The notes below the pieces were generated by a model that was not told where the DNA came from, ran no database searches, and was given only the letters and a program-made list of their open reading frames with translations. The position numbers and the translations under genes are program-made. A stretch of DNA of 59,304 nt from Negativicutes bacterium. Its GTDB lineage: Bacteria > Bacillota > Negativicutes > JAGPMH01. Positions within the stretch are counted from its first letter, which is position 1. Every line of letters begins with the position of its first letter. Location of the stretch: the NCBI GenBank assembly GCA_018052945.1, contig JAGPMH010000003.1, forward strand, positions 1 through 59,304, in the 5' to 3' direction. This document shows, in pieces, positions 28,448 through 36,992 of this stretch.

Positions 28448-29668
28448 TTATCTCATTTTCTGTAATATCATCGTCAATGCACTAAATAACCAAAAAAACA
28501 TGCTTAGTTCTATATTAAATAAGACATAATCGGTAAAGCCATTTAATAAGGTAATTACCAAAATAAAAACTAGTCCTAAATTTAATCCTTGCAAAAAATC
28601 ATCGCTATGCTTATTATTGGTAATTCCTATTTTTAAGTGACTAAAGCTAAAGCCTAAAAAACTTAACAAACCAAAAATCCCAATTTCCGCGGCAAAATTC
28701 AAATACATATTGTGGGCATGAACTACTTTTACACTACTATCTTGAATAAAGTAATCATATTGTGGATAAACCAGCCAATATGTCCCCCAACCAATTCCGG
28801 TAAAGATATTATCTCTAATCATATATAACGTACTTTCCCACAACGCTAACCGCATCATCGAAGAAGTATCGTTAGCATTAAAAACCGACAATAATCTAGC
28901 TGTAAAATCTACATTAAAAAATAAAAATAAAGCAATAACAGTTATTCCCGCAACTAAAATTTTCTTATTTTGCTTACCACAATAAAGTAGCAATACTATT
29001 CCCAAGCTCAACCATGCTCCTCGGCAGTATGTAAATAATAAGCAAATAGTTGAGAATAAAAAGATAAAACCAAACAACCCTTTCCAAAAAAGTTCTTTAA
29101 TTTTCCACAACAGCCCAAAACATAGTGCAGAAACCATTAATAAATAGCCCGCCAGAATGTTCGGATTTTGTAATGTTGAAAAAACCCTTGTTTTAAGTTC
29201 CGGAAATTGTTGATCATCAACCCAACGAAATTGCGTAACATCAATCCCATGAAAATATTGATAAAAGCCATAAGAAATAACACCTACTGCCGATAATAAA
29301 ATTGCTGCAATGACTTTTTTTACTTGATGAATATTTTCAATATTTTGAACTAATAAATAATACGTAAGAACATACCGTCCCAATAAATTATAACAATTGT
29401 AAAAACTAAAAAATTTATCAACCGATACTAGAATTGATATTGCTGAAAAAACAACTAATAATGCTATCGGAAGATCAACAATACTATATTTAAACTTCAC
29501 ATCTTTAAAGCAACTTAACTTTATAAGATAAGCTAATGTTCCTGTTAATAAAAAACCACTAGCAATATCTTGATTTAATGCTAAGAAAAAAGCTAACCCC
29601 AAAATGCTATATTCAATAATATAGTTTAATAATGAAAAGTATTTATTATTTTTAAAATATTTATTCAC
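28448..29668 (-). CDS. O-antigen ligase (Wzy_C/WaaL)-family polytopic membrane protein
   Basis: 406 aa with about 10-12 TM segments. HAHNMYLNFAAEIGIFG is the family loop motif. Confidence 0.7.
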   Translation of the reverse strand: MNKYFKNNKYFSLLNYIIEYSILGLAFFLALNQDIASGFLLTGTLAYLIKLSCFKDVKFKYSIVDLPIALLVVFSAISILVSVDKFFSFYNCYNLLGRYVLTYYLLVQNIENIHQVKKVIAAILLSAVGVISYGFYQYFHGIDVTQFRWVDDQQFPELKTRVFSTLQNPNILAGYLLMVSALCFGLLWKIKELFWKGLFGFIFLFSTICLLFTYCRGAWLSLGIVLLLYCGKQNKKILVAGITVIALFLFFNVDFTARLLSVFNANDTSSMMRLALWESTLYMIRDNIFTGIGWGTYWLVYPQYDYFIQDSSVKVVHAHNMYLNFAAEIGIFGLLSFLGFSFSHLKIGITNNKHSDDFLQGLNLGLVFILVITLLNGFTDYVLFNIELSMFFWLFSALTMILQKMR

Positions 29669-29704
29669 AAATTCACCTTATATTTTCTTAATAAATTTAT
29701 TAAT

Positions 29705-30988
29705 TCATGAATTAGCTTTCAACAGACTTCTGATTTTTCCAATTAAATATAATGAACCGGCCACACATAGAATACTGTTTTCTTGCTTTAAGGCTAAGGC
29801 TGTTTTTAAAGCCAATTCACTATCGCTAATCGCCGTAACAAATTTTGCCGATACTTTTTCCGCTACAATCTCAGCACTCGCAGCACGCTCTGAATCAGGC
29901 TCTGTTACCACAACCAGATCATCCGGCAAAACCAAGGTTTGGATAATCCCCTCAACATCTTTATCTTTTAATATCCCCAACAACAATACTCTTTGTTTGT
30001 TCGGGAAATATCGCTTAAGATTTTCCGCCAAAGCTTTCGCACCAGCTAAATTATGTGCTCCATCAATAACAACCAGCGGATTATTACTGATAATCTCAAA
30101 TCGTCCCGGCCACACTGCCTTTGATAAACCACTACTGATCTTATCAATATTAATTGCCGGATTTGTTTCACTCAACAATAATGCCACTTGACAAGCTAGC
30201 GCACTGTTTTTAATCTGATGTTCACCCAATAAGTTTATATTATAATAAAACTCTTTGGCTCCATTACTGAATCTTAAAACTTGTTGCTCTGCCACTATTT
30301 TTTCGAAAGAGCTGTTAAAATCCTTTTGCAATCTATAAACCGGTGCTTTTTTTCTTGAAGCAATTTTTTCAACAATCTCAATAGTATCATTTTCTATCCC
30401 TACTACCAACGGTATGTTGTCTTTGATAATACCAGCCTTATTCTCTGCAATTGATTCAATGCTACCACCACAACGATCAGCATGATCCATTTCTATATTA
30501 GTGATTACTGAAACTTCCGGCATAATAATATTAGTTGAATCTAATAATCCACCCAGCCCAACCTCAATCACCGCATATTCTACTTTTTGCTGTGCAAAAT
30601 AATAAAAAGCTGCTGCCGTCAAAACTTCAAATTGCGTCGGGCTTTCATCTCCACCTTCAAGCATCTTTGTTACAGCTTTTGAAACCACAGTGATAGTTTC
30701 AGCAAAATCAGTAGTACTAATTTCGGTATCACCGATTTTCATTCGTTCAGTATATGATATCAAATGCGGAGAGCTATACATCCCCGCTTTAATACCGCTT
30801 TCCATCAAAATTTTAGCAAGCATCGCTGTCGTTGAACCTTTACCATTAGTACCGGTAATATGAATAGTTTTATATTGGTCTTGTGGATTACCTAATAATT
30901 GCACTAAATTTTTTATTCGTTCTAACCCCAATTTAATGCCGAAAGAATTTAAGTTTTCTAAATATAACAAAGCTTCTTCGTAATTCAT
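29705..30988 (-). CDS. folC: Bifunctional folylpolyglutamate synthase/dihydrofolate synthase
   Basis: 427 aa Mur-ligase fold. HITGTNGKGST P-loop. Directly downstream of valS as in Bacillus. Confidence 0.93.
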   Translation of the reverse strand: MNYEEALLYLENLNSFGIKLGLERIKNLVQLLGNPQDQYKTIHITGTNGKGSTTAMLAKILMESGIKAGMYSSPHLISYTERMKIGDTEISTTDFAETITVVSKAVTKMLEGGDESPTQFEVLTAAAFYYFAQQKVEYAVIEVGLGGLLDSTNIIMPEVSVITNIEMDHADRCGGSIESIAENKAGIIKDNIPLVVGIENDTIEIVEKIASRKKAPVYRLQKDFNSSFEKIVAEQQVLRFSNGAKEFYYNINLLGEHQIKNSALACQVALLLSETNPAINIDKISSGLSKAVWPGRFEIISNNPLVVIDGAHNLAGAKALAENLKRYFPNKQRVLLLGILKDKDVEGIIQTLVLPDDLVVVTEPDSERAASAEIVAEKVSAKFVTAISDSELALKTALALKQENSILCVAGSLYLIGKIRSLLKANS

Positions 30989-30993
30989 CTTGG

Positions 30994-33651
30994 TCAGTCC
31001 TTTAAACTAGCTAAGTAACTTAATCTTTCATTAATAGCTTTTACTTTTTCCTCAAACTCTTGTTGCTTTGCTTTTTCTTTTTCAATAACATCAGGCGGTG
31101 CTTTTGCCACAAAGCCCTCATTCGATAACTTTCCGCTAACTCGTGCTAACTCTTTATCTAAAGTTAGCAACTCTTTATTTAAACGTGCTGTTTCTTTGTC
31201 TACATCAATTAACCCCTTTAACGGCATATATATTTCCACACCGCTAACCACTGCTGCCATAGCATTTTCTGGTTTTTCCGGTGTTGTTAATGAAACATTT
31301 AATGGTTCTACCGCCGCTAAAGTTTTAACATAACTTGCATTAAGCTCAAAGAGCTCTACTAATTCGGCACTGGCTAATTGTAAGATTGCTTCACTTTTAC
31401 GACCGGGTGCTACATTAACTTCCGCTCTCATATTACGAATTGCCTTAATTGTTTCCATAACTATTTCCATGTTTAGTTCAGCTTTTTTATCAGTTAATGT
31501 AGTTTGTTCTACCGGCCAACTTGCCACAATAATACTATCGCCCTCATGCGGAATATGTTGCCATATTTCTTCAGTAATAAATGGCATGAACGGGTGCAAT
31601 AATTTTAAAGTATTTTCTAAAACATAGCACAACACGGATTGTGCAGTTTGACGAGCTCTACTATCTTCTTTGTTATATAAACGGGCTTTGCTAAGCTCAA
31701 TATACCAATCACAAAATTCATTCCAAATAAATTCATAAATCGCTCTACCAGCTTCCCCTAACTCAAATCGCTCTAAGTTGCGCGTTACATCGCTCACTGT
31801 TTGATTATAACGGCTCAAAATCCACTTATCAGCTAAAGTATAGTCGCTTGCTTGTGGATCAAAGTTTTCATCATAGTCAGTTAAATTCATCAACACAAAT
31901 CGTGAAGCATTCCATAACTTATTAGCAAAATTACGCGTCGACTCTACTCTTTCCCAATAAAATCTCATATCATTTCCCGGCGTATTACCAGTAATCAGCA
32001 TAAAGCGCAAGGTATCGGCACCGTATTTCTCAACAACTTCCAACGGATCAATACCATTGCCTAAAGATTTACTCATCTTGCGTCCTTGAGAGTCACGAAC
32101 TAAACCATGAATAAAGACATGCTTAAATGGTATTTCTTGCTGAAACTCTAAGCCCATCATAATCATTCTAGCAACCCAAAAGAAAATAATATCATAACCG
32201 GTAACCAACACACTAGTAGGGTAAAACTGCTTTAACTCTGGTGTTTGTTCCGGCCAACCCATTGTCGAAAACGGCCATAACGCCGAACTAAACCAAGTGT
32301 CAAGAACATCTTCATCCTGCTTTACATTAGCACTACCACATTTTGGACAACTATTCACACTATCTCTAGCAACAATAGTTTCACCACATTCACAATACCA
32401 CGCTGGAATACGATGTCCCCACCAAATTTGTCGTGAAATACACCAATCCCTAATACCATCCAACCAATTTAAATAAATTTTAGTAAAGCGTTCTGGAACA
32501 AATTTAATTTTTTCTGTTTCAACCGCCGCGATAGCAGGTTGTGCTAACGACTCCATTTTAACAAACCATTGTTTTGACACCATTGGCTCAACAATAGTGC
32601 TACAACGTTGGCATTGTCCCACCGCATGATTATGTTCTTCTATTTTTACTAAAGCGCCAATTGCTTCTAAATCCTGCAATAAAGCTTTGCGACAAGCATA
32701 ACGATCCAAACCTTGATATTTACCGGTATTTTCCGCCATCGTTGCATTGGAATTTAAAATAACAATTTGCTCTAAATTATGACGCTGTCCCATTTCAAAA
32801 TCATTAGGGTCATGAGCCGGAGTAACTTTTACCGCTCCAGTTCCAAACGAAGGATCAACATAATCATCGGCAAATATTGGAATTTTCCGTTCCACTATCG
32901 GCAAAATTAAATTTTTACCAATTAAATGACAATAGCGTTCATCTTCCGGATGCACTGCCACACCACTATCACCCAACATTGTTTCCGGTCTGGTGGTCGC
33001 TACAATTATATATTCATCGCTATTTTCCACTTGGTAACGTAAGTGATATAAATTCCCCGGTTTATCTTCATGTTCTACCTCAATATCACTCAGCGCCGTA
33101 TTACAACGCGGACACCAATTAGTAATGCGATACCCTTGATAAATAAGACCCTTTTCATATAAACTAACAAAAACTTCTCGCACGGCTTTAGAGCAACCCT
33201 CATCCATCGTAAAGCGCTCTCGCTCCCAATCACACGAAGCCCCTAAACTTTTTAATTGGGTTATAATTCTATCACCATATTGTTCTTTCCATTCCCATAC
33301 TTTTTCAATGAATTTATCACGGCCTAAATCATAGCGTGAAATATTATCTTGTGCCAACATTTCTTCAACTTTTATTTGGGTTGCAATCCCCGCATGATCT
33401 GCTCCCGGCATCCATAAAGTATTATACCCTTGCATTCTGCGCCATCTAATTTGAATATCTTGTAGTGTATTATCAAGAGCATGTCCCATATGCAATTGAC
33501 CCGTAACATTTGGTGGCGGAATAACAATGCTAAAAGGCTGTTTATCCATCTTTACTTCAGCATGAAATAACTTATTATCTTCCCAATACTTATACCATTT
33601 TTTCTCAAAACTTTGCGGATCATAAACCGTCGGAATATTTTTTTCTTCCAT
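30994..33651 (-). CDS. valS: Valine--tRNA ligase
   Basis: 885 aa. [13 protein letters not shown] (HIGH), KMSKS, and a C-terminal coiled coil. Confidence 0.98.
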   Translation of the reverse strand: MEEKNIPTVYDPQSFEKKWYKYWEDNKLFHAEVKMDKQPFSIVIPPPNVTGQLHMGHALDNTLQDIQIRWRRMQGYNTLWMPGADHAGIATQIKVEEMLAQDNISRYDLGRDKFIEKVWEWKEQYGDRIITQLKSLGASCDWERERFTMDEGCSKAVREVFVSLYEKGLIYQGYRITNWCPRCNTALSDIEVEHEDKPGNLYHLRYQVENSDEYIIVATTRPETMLGDSGVAVHPEDERYCHLIGKNLILPIVERKIPIFADDYVDPSFGTGAVKVTPAHDPNDFEMGQRHNLEQIVILNSNATMAENTGKYQGLDRYACRKALLQDLEAIGALVKIEEHNHAVGQCQRCSTIVEPMVSKQWFVKMESLAQPAIAAVETEKIKFVPERFTKIYLNWLDGIRDWCISRQIWWGHRIPAWYCECGETIVARDSVNSCPKCGSANVKQDEDVLDTWFSSALWPFSTMGWPEQTPELKQFYPTSVLVTGYDIIFFWVARMIMMGLEFQQEIPFKHVFIHGLVRDSQGRKMSKSLGNGIDPLEVVEKYGADTLRFMLITGNTPGNDMRFYWERVESTRNFANKLWNASRFVLMNLTDYDENFDPQASDYTLADKWILSRYNQTVSDVTRNLERFELGEAGRAIYEFIWNEFCDWYIELSKARLYNKEDSRARQTAQSVLCYVLENTLKLLHPFMPFITEEIWQHIPHEGDSIIVASWPVEQTTLTDKKAELNMEIVMETIKAIRNMRAEVNVAPGRKSEAILQLASAELVELFELNASYVKTLAAVEPLNVSLTTPEKPENAMAAVVSGVEIYMPLKGLIDVDKETARLNKELLTLDKELARVSGKLSNEGFVAKAPPDVIEKEKAKQQEFEEKVKAINERLSYLASLKD

Positions 33652-33664
33652 GTTAAACCTCCTG

Positions 33665-33928
33665 ATTTCTACTCAAAAAAATATAAAAGCCCTTCATCCC
33701 AAAGGACGAAAGGGCTTACTTTCGTGGTACCACCTTAATTTTCCATAGCACTTTTACTATGAACTCAACGCCAATAACGAGGCGAACCGATTACACCTAC
33801 TATAAATTTCAGCATAACAGCTCCAAAGCTACCTTCCATTATGTTTTATGAAAGACCTCTCAGCCTAGGGTCTTCTCTCTTGCCATAAAATTATAATGTA
33901 CTCTCTTCTTCATTGCCTTTTTTATATA
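33665..33928 (-). promoter_or_regulatory. T-box leader controlling valS
   Basis: Minus strand carries AGAGAG/GA motifs and the T-box sequence AAATTAAGGTGGTACCACGAAAG (33719-33740). This overlaps the terminator AAGCCCTTTCGTCC..GGATGAAGGGCTTTT plus a T run (about 33675-33718). The specifier was not confidently placed by eye. Confidence 0.85.
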
Positions 33929-33934
33929 ATATCA

Positions 33935-33963
33935 ATAATAACTTTTTCGTTTTTTATTGTCAA
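33935..33963 (-). promoter_or_regulatory. Sigma-70 type promoter of the valS T-box leader
   Basis: TTGACA (33958-33963), 17-nt spacer, TATTAT (33935-33940). It starts 1 nt after the DUF523 stop codon. Confidence 0.6.
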
Positions 33964-33964
33964 G

Positions 33965-34417
33965 TTAGTCTTCTTGTATTAATCTAACCAGCAACTCTTC
34001 GGTCAATTCTTCTTCCGAATATACAGCAACCCCTGCTAAAGTTAACATCTGCGCCGTCAATCCTTGCCCCTTAACCTTTTTGTTTTGAAAAGTACCATCA
34101 TAAACTAGCTTATTTCCGCACGAAGGACTATTAGCTTTTAAAATTGCAGTCTTTATGCCCTGTTTTTTAGCTAATTTCATGGTTAGATAAGCACCATTGA
34201 TAAAGTAATTTGTAACATCTTCACCCTTATTAGTCAAAACTTTATTAGCGGTAATCTCCGCTGGATTTCTTGGAATGCTTAGTCCTGCTAAAACCTCTGG
34301 GCAGACCACCTGAAATTTAGCTAAATGTTTATATTTATTTAATATTTCATTATTATAACCACTGCCATCATATCTAACCTTCTCGCCTAATAAACACGCA
34401 CTTACTAATATCATCAT
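33965..34417 (-). CDS. DUF523/TudS-like [4Fe-4S] protein
   Basis: 150 aa. ILVSACLLGEKVRYDG.., ..CPEV.GGL.. and ..SPSCG provide the three conserved Cys of the family. Confidence 0.75.
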   Translation of the reverse strand: MMILVSACLLGEKVRYDGSGYNNEILNKYKHLAKFQVVCPEVLAGLSIPRNPAEITANKVLTNKGEDVTNYFINGAYLTMKLAKKQGIKTAILKANSPSCGNKLVYDGTFQNKKVKGQGLTAQMLTLAGVAVYSEEELTEELLVRLIQED

Positions 34418-34424
34418 CTGCTCC

Positions 34425-34976
34425 TTAAAATTTATTATCTTTTAAATTTAACTTCGTTATTAATTGAGCAAAATTCTTACTGTTTAATTTTCTGGTTGCT
34501 AAAACAGCCACCATTGCACAAACTTTAGAATCATGCAATGCATTATGGTGTTTAAAGTTAATATTAAAATAACTCGCCAAAGTATTTAATTTATGATTTT
34601 CTAGCTCCGGCCATACTTTTTTCGCTAAGCTTACTGTACAGTAGTATTTAAAATTAGGCTTTTCTAAATTATAAGTATTAAGTATACTTTTTAATACGCT
34701 CATATCAAAACTGGCATTATGCGCTAACACAATGTTGTTATTTAAGTAGCCTTTTAGTTCAGCCCAAATGCTAGGAAAGGTCGGCATATTTTTTACGTCA
34801 GTTGCTGTAATGCCATGAATTTGTGTATTATAATAACTAAAATCCATCACTGGCGGTTGCACTAAAGAATAAAACATTTCATACATCTTATTATCCTTAA
34901 CGCCAACTACCGCCACACTGCAAACACTGTCTCTACTACTATTAGCTGTTTCAAAATCAATTGCCACAAATTCCAT
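34425..34976 (-). CDS. DEDDh 3'-5' exonuclease (DnaQ/epsilon-like, stand-alone)
   Basis: 183 aa. ExoI AIDFETAN, ExoII LAHNASFDMSVL, ExoIII HHNALHDSK. Confidence 0.85.
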   Translation of the reverse strand: MEFVAIDFETANSSRDSVCSVAVVGVKDNKMYEMFYSLVQPPVMDFSYYNTQIHGITATDVKNMPTFPSIWAELKGYLNNNIVLAHNASFDMSVLKSILNTYNLEKPNFKYYCTVSLAKKVWPELENHKLNTLASYFNINFKHHNALHDSKVCAMVAVLATRKLNSKNFAQLITKLNLKDNKF

Positions 34977-35077
34977 TTTACTACCTCTCTAACTTTAAAA
35001 CTGCTTTCATTATACTGTAAATAATCTTAAATAAAAAGCAGCCCTAAGCAAAGCAATTATAAAATCGGTAGCTAATT

Positions 35078-36967
35078 TCACTCTATATTTTTCAGCCATA
35101 AATTCTGAAACAACTCAGCTTGTGCTGTAATCGCTTTAATAACATCTTTTAAAAAGTCGAAATTACTGGCCAAAACAGCATTAATATACTCATTTTTAAT
35201 GATAATAATATTGGCCTTTTTGGAAATAACCTTGGCACTAATAGAACTTTCTTTAGCTTCAAATAAATTATTATATGAAATAATATTACCGAAACTCAAA
35301 TCTCCAAGCTTACGATTCCACCCATCATTACTACTTCTAATAACCTCTACTAAGCCCTCGTAAATAAGATAGATATTATCTTGCAATTCACCTTCCGCTA
35401 AAATAATATCACCTTTAATATATTTTTTTACCATGATATTTTTTGTTAATGTTTGCCATTCCTTATCAGTTAAATTACCAAACAATTCTTTTTTTCTAAG
35501 CTCTGCTAAGCCCAACTTGAAAATACGCTCTTCCTCAGCGGTATCAACAATATCTTCAGGTTCTTCGATTAGCTTTAGCTCTGAAATTTTAGCATTAGGT
35601 TTTGTTACCATCTGCGTTAACACGCCAAGAAAATTAATTAATAAGTTTTCAATATTGTTTTTGCTAAATACTATTTTATTGTAAACAAATTCAATCTGAA
35701 TTATTTCGTCAATTTTTCGAAAATAAATTATGAGGTCATTTTCATTATCATCATAAGAATTAATCGCTACAATTTTTACCCCCAACGAAAAATCAACTTC
35801 AGTAAATCTTTTGCTATTATAAAAATCATAAAAGTTTAAAACATGATTAAAGAGATTCTTGCAGTTCGGCCAAAGGAGTTCTAATTCTTTTTGACTACAA
35901 CCACTATAGCTTTTTGCAATAAATAAATGAACTTGTTGGCGTTTAAACGCATAGCCAATTCTATCTTCCTGATTTTCTCTTAATCGCACCGGTAAAATAT
36001 TAATCACATTTGAAAAATCGGCATTATCAATATCATCATTGTGGTTAGATAAGACTATCCCAAAAGTAGCATCATTTTCTTTACTATATTTTTGTAACAT
36101 CAATCCCCAAGCTGTTTCAAATAAAGCTATTAATCGACCATTAGTATTAGCAAATTCAGTAGTAAGATTTGTCAAATTTTCATCTAGTTCTGTCACAAAC
36201 GAATCTCGTTCATATAACCCTAAATCATTTTGACTCATCGGTAATTCCGGAGCCTTTGCATCAAATAGTATTTTCTTCCAATATGCAAAGGTTTTAATAA
36301 TATCTTCCTTACTGCGATTTTCTAAATACTGCGTAAAAGAATATTGCCGCGAACTCGGCATTTGCGCAATTAAGTCTAATCCTTCTTGATCCTGAAAAAT
36401 ACCATTGAAAATATTTTTCATATCCCAATTATCTTCAATTAATTGTGGGAAAACAATCAACATCGCATAGGTATCGGCTGCAAATCTTATCACTCTAACC
36501 CGCAGTAGCCGATCTTTTTTTAAATCAAACCCTCGCCGTTGTCCCACCAACAATAATTCATCCAAAAAATAATCAATATTGTCTACTTTCATTTTTATAT
36601 AATCTAAAAAAATTATTTCCGGTGCTCGCTCCGGTAAAATTACTTGTAAGCTTCTCTCATTATTAATAAAAAAAGCTGTCCGCAAAATTGGATTATTCTT
36701 TGCCATTTTTACCAAATTATCTTTTATTATTTTTATATCAATAATGCCTTTTAATTTAAACAATACTTGATTGCAACAATTAGGTGAAAGAAACGACTTA
36801 TTATCTAGCACCCACTGTTGACTTTTGTTGAGCGGCTTAACATCTTCAATACTGTAAAAATAATAACTTCTGATTTCTTTTAACTCTTCTTCTGTTAATT
36901 GAGCAATAGAAAAATCAGTTTCAACATACTTTTGGTTTTTTTCTGTTACTATTGGCATAAAATTCAC
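35078..36967 (-). CDS. Condensation-domain-like / cyclic-nucleotide-binding-like fusion protein, paralogue B
   Basis: 629 aa. C1-like EDVKPLNKSQQWVL, C2-like NNPILRTAF, C3 position FPQLIEDNWD (HHxxxDG degenerate), C5-like VINILPVRL. C-terminal CAP-like barrel: YIKGDIILAEGELQDNIYLIYEGLVEV. AGAGGG RBS; 25 nt from paralogue A. Confidence 0.75.
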   Translation of the reverse strand: MNFMPIVTEKNQKYVETDFSIAQLTEEELKEIRSYYFYSIEDVKPLNKSQQWVLDNKSFLSPNCCNQVLFKLKGIIDIKIIKDNLVKMAKNNPILRTAFFINNERSLQVILPERAPEIIFLDYIKMKVDNIDYFLDELLLVGQRRGFDLKKDRLLRVRVIRFAADTYAMLIVFPQLIEDNWDMKNIFNGIFQDQEGLDLIAQMPSSRQYSFTQYLENRSKEDIIKTFAYWKKILFDAKAPELPMSQNDLGLYERDSFVTELDENLTNLTTEFANTNGRLIALFETAWGLMLQKYSKENDATFGIVLSNHNDDIDNADFSNVINILPVRLRENQEDRIGYAFKRQQVHLFIAKSYSGCSQKELELLWPNCKNLFNHVLNFYDFYNSKRFTEVDFSLGVKIVAINSYDDNENDLIIYFRKIDEIIQIEFVYNKIVFSKNNIENLLINFLGVLTQMVTKPNAKISELKLIEEPEDIVDTAEEERIFKLGLAELRKKELFGNLTDKEWQTLTKNIMVKKYIKGDIILAEGELQDNIYLIYEGLVEVIRSSNDGWNRKLGDLSFGNIISYNNLFEAKESSISAKVISKKANIIIIKNEYINAVLASNFDFLKDVIKAITAQAELFQNLWLKNIE

Positions 36968-36992
36968 GCCCTCTTTAAGTATTTACAATATC

